Of a stretch of 64,000 nucleotides of DNA, positions 1 through 17,886 are shown piece after piece (positions within the stretch are counted from its first letter, which is position 1; the number at the start of each line of letters is the position of its first letter). The stretch is from Heterodontus francisci (taxonomy: Eukaryota), in assembly GCF_036365525.1 (NCBI RefSeq), contig NC_090371.1, positions 255,810,434 through 255,874,433 on the forward strand. Direction: 5' to 3'. Both the position numbers and the translations under genes were made by a program. The notes under the pieces were generated by a model, which was given only the letters and a program-made list of their open reading frames with translations, made no database searches and was not told the origin of the DNA.

Positions 1-76
1 ACAATCGTATTGAATGGCGGAACAGGCTCGATGGGCCATATGGTCTACTCCTGCTCCTATTTCTTGTGTTCTTGTC
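1..76 (+). mobile_element. CR1 LINE 3' tail
   Basis: TGAATGGCGGAACAGGCTCG...TACTCCTGCTCCTATTTCTTGTGTTCTTGT resembles the CR1 tail at 54480-54550. Confidence 0.75.
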
Positions 77-614
77 AAAGGTTTTTTTTGAGGAAAGGTG
101 TAATGATGCTGGTATTGAAAGGGACTGAGATGGTGCCTGAGCATCAGCAAGCAGTTGGGTGGGAAAGGAATTGATGGAACAGAAGGTGGGTCTCATGAGA
201 GGTTGGAGAGGGCAAGAAGAGATGAAAGAGAAATTGAAAGTGACAAGTGATTGGGATCAGGTATGTGGAAGGGGAAAATGAGAGCAGAAAATTAAAGGAA
301 GGAGAGGCAGTAGCAGAGGCAAGTGCTTGGAAGTTCTCTGACTTGGAAGCATAAAGAAATCCATGAACTCTTTGCACTTGGTATGTTATCTGAATCAGAA
401 GTAGAACAACATGTCAAGGAACAAGGGAACAGGCTATTTTACATGCAGTATTGCATAATGAGACAGGATTAGTAATCTTATCGTAAAGGATCCTCTGGGG
501 AAGAATGATCATAATGTAATAGAATTTCATATTAAGTTTGAGAGTGATATGGTGAAGACTGAATTTATGGAGCTATGAGGGGTGTGTTGGCTAAGGTAGA
601 TTGGGAAAAAGACT

Positions 615-850
615 TTTTTTAGTCATTTACAGGATGTGATCATCCCAGGTAAGGCTAGCATTTATTGCCCTCCCTGAAAATGGTAGCGAGCCACCTTCTT
701 GAACCACTTCAGTCCGTGTAGTGAAGGTATTCCCATAATGCTGTTAGGCAGAGAGTTCCAGGATTTTGGCCCAGTGAGAATGAAGGAACGGCGATGTATT
801 TCCAAGCCAGAATAATATGTGATTTGGAGAGGAACATGGAGTTGGTGGTG
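615..850 (-). mobile_element. 3' end fragment of the LINE family at 57790-59400
   Basis: Reverse complement resembles 59150-59390 (AAATCCTGGAACTC...GTGGTTCAAGAAGG...GGGCAATAAATGCT). Confidence 0.75.
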
Positions 851-1517
851 ATGAAATTAAATATTAGACAGACACATGACACACAACACTCATTCAAGTT
901 GACTTGAAGTGAACAGTGAGTGAAATATGATCAAAGGCATAATGATAAGGTCAGACATTCTTATCTTCATAACACTCATTCATGTATTTTTTCTCCCACA
1001 GGACCTTCACAAGTCCTGCAGGAGGTGGTCCAGGTTACCAATAATAACAACAACTTCTCAGATGAGGTCATTTCCTCTGAGGGTGCACCCTCACTTGATT
1101 CATGCAGACCATGCATAACCTGCACTCCCTTGGCACAAGTTAGAGAGTTTTCACCTGCTCACTCACACATCACAAACAAGCATAAGCTCAACTCTCGTGC
1201 CTTCTTTTAGATGGTTTTTAAAACCTATCTCCAATCAAACATTTGGTCATCTGCTCCAACACCTCATGTGGCTCAGTATCAGATTATGTTTGACAATGCT
1301 CCAGTCAAATGCCTTGGGTCATTTTACTAAGTGTTATATAAATGCAAGCTTTTGTTGATTTATAAAGGTTTATCATAACTTTCTTCCTTTTGTACTTTAT
1401 GCTTCTATTTATAAAGCCCAGAATTCTTTATGCTTTTTTCCCCCAATTTTTCACAGTATATTTATTACGGTGTTACCTCATTAAAGATGAACACTTGTCT
1501 CATAGTTTAATTTTTTT

Positions 1518-1849
1518 TTAGAGATACAGCACTGAAACAGGCGTTTTGGCCCACCAAGTCTGTGCTGACCAACAACCACCCATTTATACTAATCCTACAT
1601 TAACCCCATATTCTCTACCACATCCCCACCATTCTCCTACCACCTACCTACGCTAGGGGCAATTTACAATGGCCAATTTACCGAACAACCTGCAAGTCTT
1701 TGGCTGTGGGAGGAAACCGGAGCACCCGGCGGAAACCCACGCGGCCACAGGGAGAACTTGCAAACTCCACACAGGCATAACCCAGAACTGAACCCGGGTC
1801 ACTGGAGCTGTGAGGCTGCAGTGCTAACCACTGCACCACTGTGTCGCCC
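1518..1849 (-). mobile_element. tRNA-derived V-SINE (HE1-like)
   Basis: Minus-strand head GGGCGACACAGTGGTGCAGTGGTTAGCACTG...GGTTCAGTTC (A/B boxes); V-core GGTTTCCGCCGGGTGCTCCGGTTTCCTCCCAC; CR1-like tail. Confidence 0.85.
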
Positions 1850-2943
1850 TAGTTCTATTGTCTTTATCTTTTAAAATAATTCACAAATTTACATAACTAT
1901 TAGACTTTAAGGAATAGTTCATAAACTGAGGGCCAGTCTTCTCTGCTCCAAAATTTCAGTGTTCCCTCTGCAACCTCATAGCCTGTGGGCAGAGGATTAG
2001 TATGGGGATTGTGGAAGAGAGTGTGCTTCCCATCAGCCCAAGGGAATGGTTTGCTCCTGATGTGGAGGTGCTCATAAGGAACAAACTCTTGCTTCCCATG
2101 GCTGTGATGCTGCACCTTCAGGTAGCAGTTCAACATACAGACACTTACGCCAGGAATAGCAACAGCAAAGCTCAGGATCTTCCATGTACGTGCCCCCTGG
2201 GCTCCTCAGCACCAGCCGCAGCTGCCAGCTGCTGGGCGGCGCTGAAACTCTGGAGGAAAATCCAACCCCAGACCGCGGCTATCTTGTGAGAGTGGCTGAA
2301 TTCTTTATGCTTTTTTAACAGTCTTATAAACGTGACATGCCCCCTATGAAAATCTTTGTATGTGAATCCCAGTGTTTCTCTGTTCTGACACTCTTTTATA
2401 GTTTAGTTTATGTTGCCTCTCTTCATCCCTTCAAAATGCATCCTTCACACTTCTCTGCATTAAATTTCATCTCCCATTTGTCCACCCATTTCACCAGTCT
2501 GTGTCTGTCCTCCTGTTGTCTGCTATCCTCCTTACTGTGCACTGCATTTTTAAGTAAATAATTTACATTCTCAATACAACCAGTGTCCAGATTTACCTTT
2601 CATTCTTGGAAACTTCAGGGCAATCCTGGAGGTTTGGCAAAATTAACTGCAATGGCATAGGGAATCAGAACAGATGCAGTCTAAATAGTGCTATTAACTC
2701 TGGTTGAACATATTCCTGGAGGTTTCAGCATAGGACCTCCTGCCTCCAAATGCCCCAAGCAATCAAAAAGTCTTTTATCCCCAGCTCTAATAAATAAAGT
2801 GTTCAAAGAAAATGGAAAAAATGTTTTAATGCTCCCTGATAGATAAAATTTCTATTCCTGGAGATGCCAGGACAATCCTGCAAAGATGGTAACCTACAGT
2901 CTAAAATGATGCAACACCCCACACCAGGGCCACAAATTGGACA

Positions 2944-3282
2944 TGGCCTGTGGGGTGGTTGCCCTGGTTGGTCTTGTCCACAGCCTGTGCGGTGGTTGCC
3001 CTGGCTGGTCTTGTCCACAGCCTGTGGGGGGGTTGCCCTGGCTGGTCTTGTCCACAGCCTGTGGGGGGGTTGCCCTGGCTGGTCTTGTCCACGGCCTGTG
3101 GGGTGGTTGCCCTGGTTGGTCTTGTCCACAGCCTGTGGGGTGGTTGCCCTGGCTGGTCTTGTCCACAGCCTGTGGGGTGGTTGCCCTGGTTGGTCTTGTC
3201 CACAGCCTGTGGGGGGGTTGCCCTGGCTGGTCTTGCCCACAGCCTGTGGGGTGGTTGACCTGGCTGGTCTTGTTCACAGCCA
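2944..3282. repeat. 37-bp GC-rich minisatellite, ~9 copies
   Basis: Unit CACAGCCTGTGGGGTGGTTGCCCTGGCTGGTCTTGTC; explains the 37-aa periodic ORFs in all six frames. Confidence 0.96.
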
Positions 3283-3502
3283 TGGCCCTGAATAAGGAGC
3301 ACACGGTGCCCGCTAGTACGCTTGGCGCATTCCGTGACCAGTGGGTGACTGGAGTGCGGAGCGGATAGTAGTGATGGCATTATTTTTTAAGTTCATAAGT
3401 TTCCTTTGGTTTTGTGGTTAAATTCTTCATTCATTCAAAAGTGGTGAGGATGGCTAGACAGTTGTGTTTGGTTTTTGGTTGCTGACACCAGGGAACCCCA
3501 GT

Positions 3503-7300
<3,798 letters not shown>

Positions 7301-7457
7301 TGACACGTTGAAGGAGAACAGGCCAAGCTTTAACCAGCATCAGAAACCACCTTTTGCTTTTCACTTGGTTTTTAATGTCAACCTCTTGTGTCATTCATTC
7401 TGCCTGATGCTTTTACGCAGAAGCTCATTCCCAGACTGTAAACCAGATTTAAAATAA

Positions 7458-9770
7458 GAGCAAAATCCTGTGACTGCTGGAAATCTGAAAAAAAAAACAC
7501 TGCAGGAAATACTCAATAGTTCTGGCAGCAGCTGTGGAGAGAGAAACATTGCCTCTGATCTTTCATCAGGACTGGCAAAGGTTAGAAATGTAATAGGCTT
7601 TGAGCAAGTGAAAGCTGGGAAAGGGAAAGAAGAACAAAATGACAAATATGTCAAGGAATACTAATAGTTGTCGGAAAAGACGAAGCATTTGTCCAGAGAG
7701 AGCATTAATATAATAATGGACAGCTTTGTCTGAAAGCAAAAACATGAAAAACAAATTTAAGACCAGAACATGGTTTTAAAAAAAATCAAAATCAAAATGG
7801 TGATCATGGTCTGAAATTGTTGAACTGAACGTTGAGTCCAGAAGACTATAAAGTGCCCAATTGGAAGATGAGATGCTGTTCCTCGAGCTTGAGTTGAGTT
7901 TCACTGGAAAACTGCAGCAGGCCAAGGATAGAAATGTTGGTGTGAGAGTAAGGTGAACTTATTTCTTCCTATCTTGACTCTACTTTTCTCCCTTGGTCCA
8001 GTCTCTTCCACCTACATCCGTGACTCTTCTTATGCCCTATGCTATTTCAACAATTTCCAGTTTCCTGGCCCTAACCACCGTGTCTTCACTATGGACGTCC
8101 AATCTCTCGACACTTCCATAGCCCACCAGGATGGTCTGAGAGCTCTCCATTTCTTACTTGAAAGGAGGCCCATCCAGTCCCCATCCACCACCACCCTCCT
8201 TCGCTTGCTGAAATTGTTCTCACATTGAACAACATCTCCTTCAACTCCACTCACTTCCTCCAAATAAAAGGTGTTTCTATGGGCACCGTCCATATATCCT
8301 AGTTATTCCTTTCTTTTTGTGGCATATGTTGAACATTTCTTGTTCTAGTCCTACTCAGGCCCCCTTCCCCCATCTCTTTTTCTGGTACATTGATGACTAT
8401 ATTGCTGCCGTTTCCTACTCTCACCCGGAACTGGAAATTTCATCAACTTTGCTTCCAATTTCCACCCTTTTCTTACACTTCCCTTCCCTTCCTCGTCTTC
8501 TCTGTCTCCATTTCTGGGGAATGGCTGTCTGCTAATATTCATTATAAGCGCACCGACTCCCACGGCTACCTCAACTACACTTCCTCCCAACCTGCCTCCT
8601 GTAAGGACTCCATTCCATTCTCCAGTCTTGCCGTCTTCATCGCATCTGTTCTGATGATACAACCTTCACAACAGTGCTTCTGATATGTTTTCCTTTTCCT
8701 TCAACTGAGGGTCTCTTTTTTCCCCCCCCACCGTGGCTGACAGGGCCCTCGACTGTGTCCGACCCATTTTCCGCACTTCTGGTCTCACCTTTTCCCCTCC
8801 CTCCCAGAACAGTGATGGGGTTCCCCTTGTCCTCGCTTTCCACCCCACTAGACTCCACATCCAAAGGATCATCCTCCGCCATTTCCGCCACCTCCAGCGT
8901 GATGCCACCACCAAATGCATTTTCCCCTCCCCTGTCAGCATTCCCAAGGGACCATTCCCACAGCGACATCTTGGTCCACTCCTCCATCACCCCTGACACC
9001 TTGTCCTCTTCCCATGCAATTGCAGGTAGTGTAACACCTGCCCTTACCTCCTCTCTCCTCACCATCCAAGACCCCAAGCACTCCTTCCAGGTGAAGCAAC
9101 AATTTACTTGTACTTCTTTCAATTTAGTATACCGTATTCGCTGCTCACAATGTGGTCGCCTCTACGTTGGGGAGACCAAATGTAGATTAGGTGACCACTT
9201 TGCAGAACACATCTGCTCACTCCGCAAGCATGCTCCCAAGATTCCGGCTGCTTGCCATTTTAATTCATCACTCTTCTCTCACACCCACATTTCTGTCCTT
9301 GGCCTGCTGCAGTGTTCCAGTGAAGCTCAATGCATGCTCGAGGAACAGCACCTCATCTTCCGATTATGCGCTTTACAGCCCTCTGGACTCAATATTGAGT
9401 TAACAATTTCAGACCATGACCGCCATTTTGCTTTTGATTTAATTTTTTTATAACGTGCCATTCTTAAACTTGATTTTCATGTTTTTGCTTTCGGACGGAG
9501 CTGTTCATTATCCTGCCATTAATGCTCTCTCTGGACAAATGCTTTGTCTTTTACTACAACTATTACTATTGTTCCCTTTGACTTTTGTTCTATGACGTCT
9601 TTGTCATTTAATCTCTCCCACCCTCCGCCCTATTGAAGATCTTCCCTTTTGTTCTTCACCCCCTCCACTTTTCACTTGCTCAAAACCTATTTCATCAGAG
9701 CTGGCAAAGGTTAGAAATGTAAACTCTCAGACCTGAAACTCAGCATCCACTGAGCACTTTGTTTTTATTA
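7458..9770 (+). mobile_element. Degenerate Penelope-like element (RT + GIY-YIG) with an inverted copy of its 3' end, in ZNF330 intron 1
   Basis: RT motifs FTMDVQSL...IAHQDGLRAL and FFWYIDD; GIY-YIG FTCTSFNLVYRIRCSQCGRLYVGETKCRLGDHFAEH; ~7590-7955 is the reverse complement of ~9265-9690. Confidence 0.9.
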
Positions 9771-9994
9771 TAGACAGTGTTTCCCTGTATTTGACTGTTG
9801 AGATGCATGATAATGGAAGAATAATTTCCACTAGGCCTTCCTGAGCGTTAGCATGTGTTTAGTAGCAGTAGTGGTTGTCATTACGTGTGGACAATTACCT
9901 TGGGTGTTACAGCAGTGAAAAGCACATGAAATGAGATGTCTTCATCATTGGTGAGGTTTGTTTGTGTTATGCAATTGTTTGCAAAAGTGTAAAT

Positions 9995-10390
9995 ACCTGG
10001 GACTTGCAGTGATCAGTTACCTCAGTCTAGACTCTACTATTCCTTCGTTCTCCTGGCTGACCTCCCATCTTGCACCTTCCATAAACGTGAGCTCATCCAA
10101 AGCATTGCTGCCCATACCCTAATTCAAACCTGTCTTGTTCACCCATCATTCATCTGCTTGCTGACCTACATTGGCTCCATGTTTGCCAGTGCCTTGATTT
10201 AAAAATTCTTACCCTTGTTTTCAAATCCCTCCATTGCCTTGTCCCTCCCTATCTCCATAATGTTGTACAACCCTCTCAAATGTCTACACTCCTCCAATTC
10301 TGGCCTCTTGCACATCCATGATTTTTTTTTTATCACTCTACTATTGGCAGCTGTATCTTCAGGTACCCAGATCCAAAGCTCTGTATTTCT
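9995..10390 (+). mobile_element. L2-like LINE 3' fragment
   Basis: CACCCATC...GCTGACCTACATTGGCTCC...GATTTAAAATTCTTACCCTTG, an LHWLP...I.FKIL-type motif. Confidence 0.6.
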
Positions 10391-10570
10391 GTCCCTAGTT
10401 TCCCAGACTTATTACAACTGAGTGGCTTGCGAGGCCAGTTCAGAGGGCAGTTAAGTGTCAATCATCATTCATTCTCTTGAAATGAAATGTTAGGTTTCAT
10501 TGCTAAATTTTGTGATTTTTAAAAAAATTCTGCTTTAATAATGTTTTCTCTTTTGTTTCCAACAAAACAG

Positions 10571-10590
10571 GAATGCGATAAATGCCAAAG
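10571..10590 (+). CDS. ZNF330: ZNF330 coding exon 2 (20-nt microexon)
   Basis: Polypyrimidine tract, then CAG|GAATGCGATAAATGCCAAAG|GTAAG; encodes ECDKCQ(R). Confidence 0.93.
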
Positions 10591-10854
10591 GTAAGATATA
10601 GCAGAGAATTAATGCTTCCCTTTTTCATCGTTTTTTTTAAATTTAACATCTTTAGTCAAAGTGTAATACTATCATCATGTTAGCCTCTTGTACTTGTGCC
10701 ATGATATATTGTCAAAATTTCTCAATCACCATTGAAACTTGGCCTGATCTGAAGGAAGTTTTTTATCTCTCATTCCATTGGTTGTTCTGATTTTTTAAAA
10801 AAATCTACAGTGATCTCCGCAATCTGGACGGGCCCTGTTAATTGTCCAAGCTAA

Positions 10855-11040
<186 letters not shown>

Positions 11041-12189
11041 TAGGATTCAGCATGTTCTTGAATTAGTGCAATTGCTTTCATTTGAGTTTTCTTATGATGC
11101 CCAAGAATAAATGGGAAGATTATTAGGTGAAGATACCACTGAAAACTAAGAATAACCTTTCTGGATTGGAAATTAAACTACTTCAAAATGTTCTTTCTTG
11201 GGAAGGAGGTGGTATATTATGTTGAGATTAAGAGCACTTCAAAGTTCTATGTGCTATGGCTCTGTTATCTGAAATTACTTTGCTACACTAGGTAGGAAAG
11301 CTGTACATGTTGACAGTTTAAGCAGGATCTGCTATTGAATGATCCTGAGTGATCTTTTTGTACAAATTAATTTTCACATCGATTTATAGATAATGTAAAA
11401 AGTATAAAATTTTCCATGAGTGAGTCATCAGATTTGTTAGGGCTTGCAGTTTCATACACTGACTTTGCTGGAACGTGTAGATAAAGTTGTATGAATTTGG
11501 AGATCTTGTGAAATGTATCAGTATGTCATAAAATCAATGTAAAGATATATAAACATTACAAAATTAAATTATAAGTTTCACGAGTGCTCCCCTGATTTAA
11601 TAAGCTGCACATGACAAATATAGCCTGTGAAAGGCCACAGGTTGGCTTTTCAGATGGTGGGGGGGGGGGGGGTGGGATTAGGTGTAGTATTTAAATAGTT
11701 AAATATATTTGAGGCTTAGTTTGTGTCCTGGATTTCTGCAAAGAAATTGTGAATAGATGGCTATTAGGAATACTACAAACATTAGATTTTTAAATAACTA
11801 AGTATGATAATATGGCAAAAGAAGTTGAGGTTCTAGTGATTAAACTGAAGGAGGAGATATAAGTATTGGACGTTACCTGCGACTGTGAGTATTTCTTTTT
11901 AAAGAATAGGAACCTGGTGTCTGGAAGGCACTATTGAAATGTTTGGGTAAAAATCATAGTGTATTCGAGGTTTTTATATTTTTAGAATTTTTTGTGCATT
12001 TATGTATTGTTTTATTATACTTTTGTTTTTAAATGCTTAGTGCAGCCTTGTTCACTGAGATCTGTTTGTTTGTGTGTACTATTAGCAGGGACCAATTGCA
12101 TCAATGACTGCATGTCACTGGTTGAGCAAATTGATTGTTCCAGAGCTAGTGTAGTGAAAAGAGAGCCAAAGACCAAGTTGGGAGTTTGA

Positions 12190-12480
12190 AAGTGATGTGG
12201 GACATGTTTTATTTTCCAGATGTGGATACAGAATGAATTGGAGTTAGAAAAGAGTAGGGCAACGTGTGAGGTGAGGGATATAAAGATGTAGGAGATGACC
12301 ATGTCAGTGATCAAAATCATGGGGTTAAGAAGGTGCAGGAAATGTCAAGGGGGTGGTTATGAGTATGGGTAGAAGAGTCTAGACGGCAAAACCGGTTTAT
12401 GGAGGAGAGGAAGAGTGAATTCATAGAGATGGCAAGGGGAGCTGTGATGGAGGTTGAAATCAGAGGATGAGGAATCACTC
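12190..12480 (-). mobile_element. L2-like LINE fragment
   Basis: Purine-rich degenerate LINE2-like sequence; recognised by eye only. Confidence 0.4.
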
Positions 12481-13524
12481 AAAATACAAAACATGTGTTG
12501 CTACAAACATTAAAAATGTACCCATATAGTAAGAATAATATGATGCCACATTATTTAAAAAGTGAAATACAACTCTTTAAACTGCACAAATTTAATTCAA
12601 TTTAATTAAGCCTGTTTTTAAGATTATGGTATAACCATTATATCAAAAAATTCTTCATTTAAGTCAAATCCAGTCTCTCTGAAGACAAATAATCACTATA
12701 TTAAATTTTATAATGTGCTGTAGTACATCAAGCTCTCTGAAGCAAATCCATTAATAAAATTGATAAATACCTACTTTCTGGGTCCTGATTGGTCTGTTTT
12801 CTGATGAACATGTGATTGTTAATCTGATTAGTGTGTTCAGTTAGCAGGGACTGATCAGATGCTGGACCTGCACTCAGTTGCCAGGATACACTGACCTATC
12901 CAAATCCTTGCTCTGTTTATCTGGCATCGGGCTGTATTTCTGTGCTCCCCTCCCTGGTTGTGGGTTCTTGGAATCTCCAAGAGCAGTTCATTTCCCACCT
13001 TTGCATGCTGCTCCAGGCTCTTCTGACTTTATAGACTCCATTTGGATATTCAAGTGCTTCATGGAGTCATTTTGTTTTAATATTACTGGGGAGTCAGTTC
13101 CTGGGAAATTGCACATTCTGGTTGAAAAGGGCCTGAAAAAGTTAGCGAAACTCGGAGCGGGTGTAGCAGAACATAGGAGAAGGCCGTGGGGAGTGAAATC
13201 AGCCCAAGGCCGGAGAGGGGAAAGCACAATAGTTGGGAAGGTGGTTTTTTAAATAAAAGTGAGCAGGGGGATAAAGGTGGAGGAAATGAAGAAAAATAGA
13301 AAAGATAAAAACAAAATACAAAAGAAGAGCAGGAGTTTATGTGGAATGCTGGGGTCAGATTGAAGTAAGAGAAGGAAAGAGGACAAAGGAAAATACATTT
13401 TCTTTAAAAAGAAGGAACTGGCTGGGGGAATGGTCAGGTCACTACGGGTAGGACACCAATGACTGCTAGCAAGTGGGTACAAATTCTGAGCAACACTAGA
13501 GAATATTGCTAGTAGCTCTGTTTA

Positions 13525-13630
13525 GCAAAATACTGCAGATGCTAGAAATGTGAAACTAAAACAGAAAATGGTGGAGATGCTCAGCAGATCAGTTATCATC
13601 TGTGGAGAGAGCAGACAGGTTTGTGTTTTG
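13525..13630 (-). mobile_element. Penelope-like terminal fragment
   Basis: GCAAAATACTGCAGATGCTAGAAAT...CTCAGCAG...ATCTGTGGAGAGAG; the same motif recurs at 7458, 23190 and (opposite strand) 43540. Confidence 0.65.
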
Positions 13631-13728
13631 GATGCAGACATTAAAGGATTTAGTTAGGTATGTATTGTAGTTTCTTCACGCACAAAAAATGATTTTGTTT
13701 TTGTAAGCTGCATCTTTCTGTCCTCTAG

Positions 13729-13808
13729 GCAAAACAAAATGTATGTTAAAGAGCTCAGACTGTGTTGTTAAACACCCTGGTGTCTACAGTACAGGGCTCG
13801 CCATGGTG
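13729..13808 (+). CDS. ZNF330: ZNF330 coding exon 4
   Basis: TAG acceptor; encodes (G)KTKCMLKSSDCVVKHPGVYSTGLAMV; GTGAGT donor. Confidence 0.96.
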
Positions 13809-14331
13809 GTGAGTATTCACTTGGCTTTTCTGCATTTGTATAATTGGAGCAGTTTTCCCTTAGAACATTTTTGTGACTGCGATTTGTCACTCATACAGTG
13901 CACCTACCTTGCTTGTATTTTGAATTATTTTAATCAGAAATTTGGAGTCAATTTCTGCATGTTTTATCATTTAAGTTTAATCAGTTTGCTGTGATTCACT
14001 TATTAAATTTACAGTGCATATTTTGAATTAGTCCCATATTAAAGAATTTCTAGCAGAAAGATTCTAATTTAGTTAAAGAAACAGTGGGCAGGTTGTTTTT
14101 GTGTGTAGATTACTAATGTGCAAGTGCTGAATACAAATTTTTTTTGTCACATTGTGAACTGATAATCTGTAGAAATCTGCCACAAGAACAATATTGAAAA
14201 TGTATTTTTTAAATTCTTTGTTAGTAATGGTGAACAATATACAACAGATACCTGAAACTAAAGCTTAAACTACTTAAAACATAGGTAGACAGGAAGACAA
14301 TGATTGTATATTTTCTTTCTCCCCCTCTTAG

Positions 14332-14496
<165 letters not shown>

Positions 14497-16671
14497 TAAA
14501 GTTTTATTTTTGACAACCAGCATACACAATCGTTATCATATTCATGCTGAGTCTTGCAATATGGTTTTAGTTGCTGTGTTTGGGCAGGCTTGGTAACTAA
14601 TGGTGACAACATTGAGACCAAATAATGGTAAGCACTGTGAGTGGAATGTAAATTATATTCCAAGTCCCCTTATCATCTGCTTCAATTCAGGCAAAATAAT
14701 AAAAATGATAAATTTAAAGGGAAGCTGAATTGATGCAGGTGTTTTGGAGTGGGTCTATTGATGACTCGAGACAATTTTTTTCACAGTGACATTGTTCTCT
14801 CGATTTTAAAGCATAAAGAAAGAATTTCATAAAGATATTACCAGTGATATGTTAGATATAAGTCTTGCAATTATTTTCTGCCTGCACTACCCTTACTACA
14901 TATGTCATAATTTTCTAGTAGCATTTTCATGACAACATTTATACTCTTAAATTGTTATGTAAACATTGACGATGGGAATTCTCATTAACACTTGCTCCTG
15001 CCAGATTAGAAGGAGCTCTTCAGCCTCAAGGTGGTGTTGTACAGCTGTCTCGTCCCATTGCCCAGGCTCCACATCTCTCCTTCAAAATACCCTGTTTTTC
15101 TGCTTAGCCTGTTGTATCTTCTCTGCCTTCAACTGATTATTAGGCGCCAGTAAAAACTTCCCAGCAGCAAAAGACTTTCTGCGGATGTTCCCTACAACAC
15201 CAATTCGAAGTAAAGGCCTCTAGCCCCACTTAGATTTCTTCATCTCGAGTTCAGCTCTCTCCAAGTCTTCTGGCCTTTATTATGCAACCATTCTGATGTA
15301 TTTTAGTGCGTTCCCCACCGCCCCCCACTCCACCACTCCCCAACCAGCTTAGCTCCACTACAGGTCACTCTGGTCCATCTGCTCCCTAATGTTTCCAGCT
15401 GAATCAAAAATAAATTGAGCATCCAGTCCTCCTCCTAGCATGGTTTTCTGTTTACTTTACCTTTCTCTCCGAACGTCCACATTTGGTCCTGCTTCCGTTG
15501 ACTTTTGCTTAACTTTGTTGTCACTGATGATAAAAAATAGATCCTTGGAATCTTTTGGCCTCTTTTTCTTGCTGTTATTCCCATTGCATTTTTTAAAAGC
15601 AATTCCCCACTCCCACTCCCTAATGGACTCAGCAACAGACTCTTCTCCAATTACATTTGAAAACACACTGGCTGTTAACAGTTTTAAGTCTCAAGAAGAA
15701 ATTGGTCTCTGCCTGCGTGTTTTCTTGGCTCCATTTAACTTCCAGTCCTCCCCTCCTCACAACCTCCCCCCCGCCCCCACCAATCCCTGCTTTGGACTTC
15801 TCTGCAACCGTCCAGCCCCATCTTTACATCATCCATGTTTGTTTTTCTCCTGTCTGTCCTTTTTGAATTTGATTCTGGCTGCAATTGTCTTCAGGCTCTG
15901 TTATGTTCCTATATCTCAGAGCCCAGAGTACTGTTTTTACACCTTTTAAGAATTGAACATACGGTCCTGGGGAAGGATAGCTTGTAACTCAGCATTTCTA
16001 CCCCCACTCCCCCCTTGAGAAATTTTGGGAGCTGGGGCGAGAATGGGTGTAATTCACAACAGTTCCACCTGCCATTTTATTTATTGCTTTGCTCCATGTT
16101 ACCCTCTATCCTGCACCCTTCCAGCTTTCCACAATCCTTGGCCCGGTTATGCTTCAGCTCTCCAACTCCTCTTGTCCTGAAAACTGCACTTGATTTGGAT
16201 TGAACATCCTAGGTTATTGACAAGCCAATAATATACAATATAGATAAATATCTAAAAATAATTAGCAGAGCATATCACTAAACACACCATAACACTTTCA
16301 TAAATGTTAAACAAAACTATATCAGTATATTGTGCCATTCATGTCTGAGCTTTGCACAATGCCTGAGAAATCTGGCTCCCACGCACAAAAAAGAACCAAG
16401 TTCCTCACAATGTTCCCTCTAAGCAGCGTGGCCGTGCAGCAACTGAAAGTCCCCACACAGGCTGCGGACAAGTTACTGAGCATGTATGGTCGCGGAAAAA
16501 AATTTAAAGGGCCTGTGGACTTCAAAAAATATTTGATGGTATGTTAGTGGGAACGATATTGTCAGTATTGAGATGCAAGACTTTTGTTGCCTCAATTCTG
16601 AAGCTAATTCTTCACAAATGAGCATTACGCAACATTTTAGAATTGGTATCATTGTATACCTGCAACAATAG

Positions 16672-16962
<291 letters not shown>

Positions 16963-17839
16963 TGATATACACCTTGCTTATAAATGCCCTGTTTTAATAT
17001 ACTGAATTCATTTCTTTAAAGTTGCTTTTTATTAGTGGCTATCCAATGGCACATTTTAATGTCATATCTAATGTGGGGTAGAATCAGCTTTACTTTGGGA
17101 ACTGGGTTGAAGTCCAGCCAGGATTGATGGATTGGATGAAAATCTCATTTGTTGCCTGGAAGTGACCAAATAATTTCAGGACATCCCACATCTAATGAGT
17201 ACTTTCACAAAACAAACTGCAACTTAAATGGATAAAACAAAAGCACTGCAAACATTCAGAATGGAGTTGGATGCTATGATAGGGAGGAAACTAAGTTTCA
17301 ATGACAAGATCGGCTGAATGGCCTCCCTCATTAAAACTTGTCTTTGTGAAGTCATGGAGGCAGCTGGTGTGAGAAGTGAGAATGTTGCACTGGTCTATTG
17401 GAGGATTCTTTTCTAAATAGTGATTACAAAGTGGGTGACAGTCAAAATTGAGGCACTGGCGAGGTTTCTATGCTGTACGACTCTATGACTCTATCTGTGC
17501 TCTGCATCTAACAGGAGTCATCACAATATAGGAAGACTTTACATTTATATCTTAGTTATCATGGCTCCAAGAAATCTGTTAAGACAGTTCTCACAAATTA
17601 CTCTATTGAAGTGCCCACTGCTACGTTATGGTGCAAGAATTCTTCCATTTCCCTGCATTGACACCTCTCGCCTTGATGATCATAGTCACTCAGCAAAATA
17701 AGCATGGAGTGGCCAGATTTCTATGAAATTATTAAATAATTTGTGACCAGTGAAAGGACTATGTCAGTTACTGGATCAATTGATGGTTTGTTCATTACTA
17801 TGTTTTTACCTTACTGATCAGAATTTAATTTCTTTGCAG

Positions 17840-17886
17840 GTATCTCCTGTAATCGCCTGGGACAACATTCTTGTTTACGTTGTAAG
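17840..17886 (+). CDS. ZNF330: ZNF330 coding exon 7
   Basis: Encodes (C)ISCNRLGQHSCLRCK; CAG/GTAAAA boundaries. Confidence 0.95.

Noticed and set aside
2803-3380. Six overlapping 100-160 aa ORFs
   Set aside because: All derive from a stop-free 37-bp minisatellite.
16400-16520. hAT-like terminal sequence (CAATGTTCCCTCTAA) in ZNF330 intron 5
   Set aside because: No matching second terminus or TSD could be found by eye.
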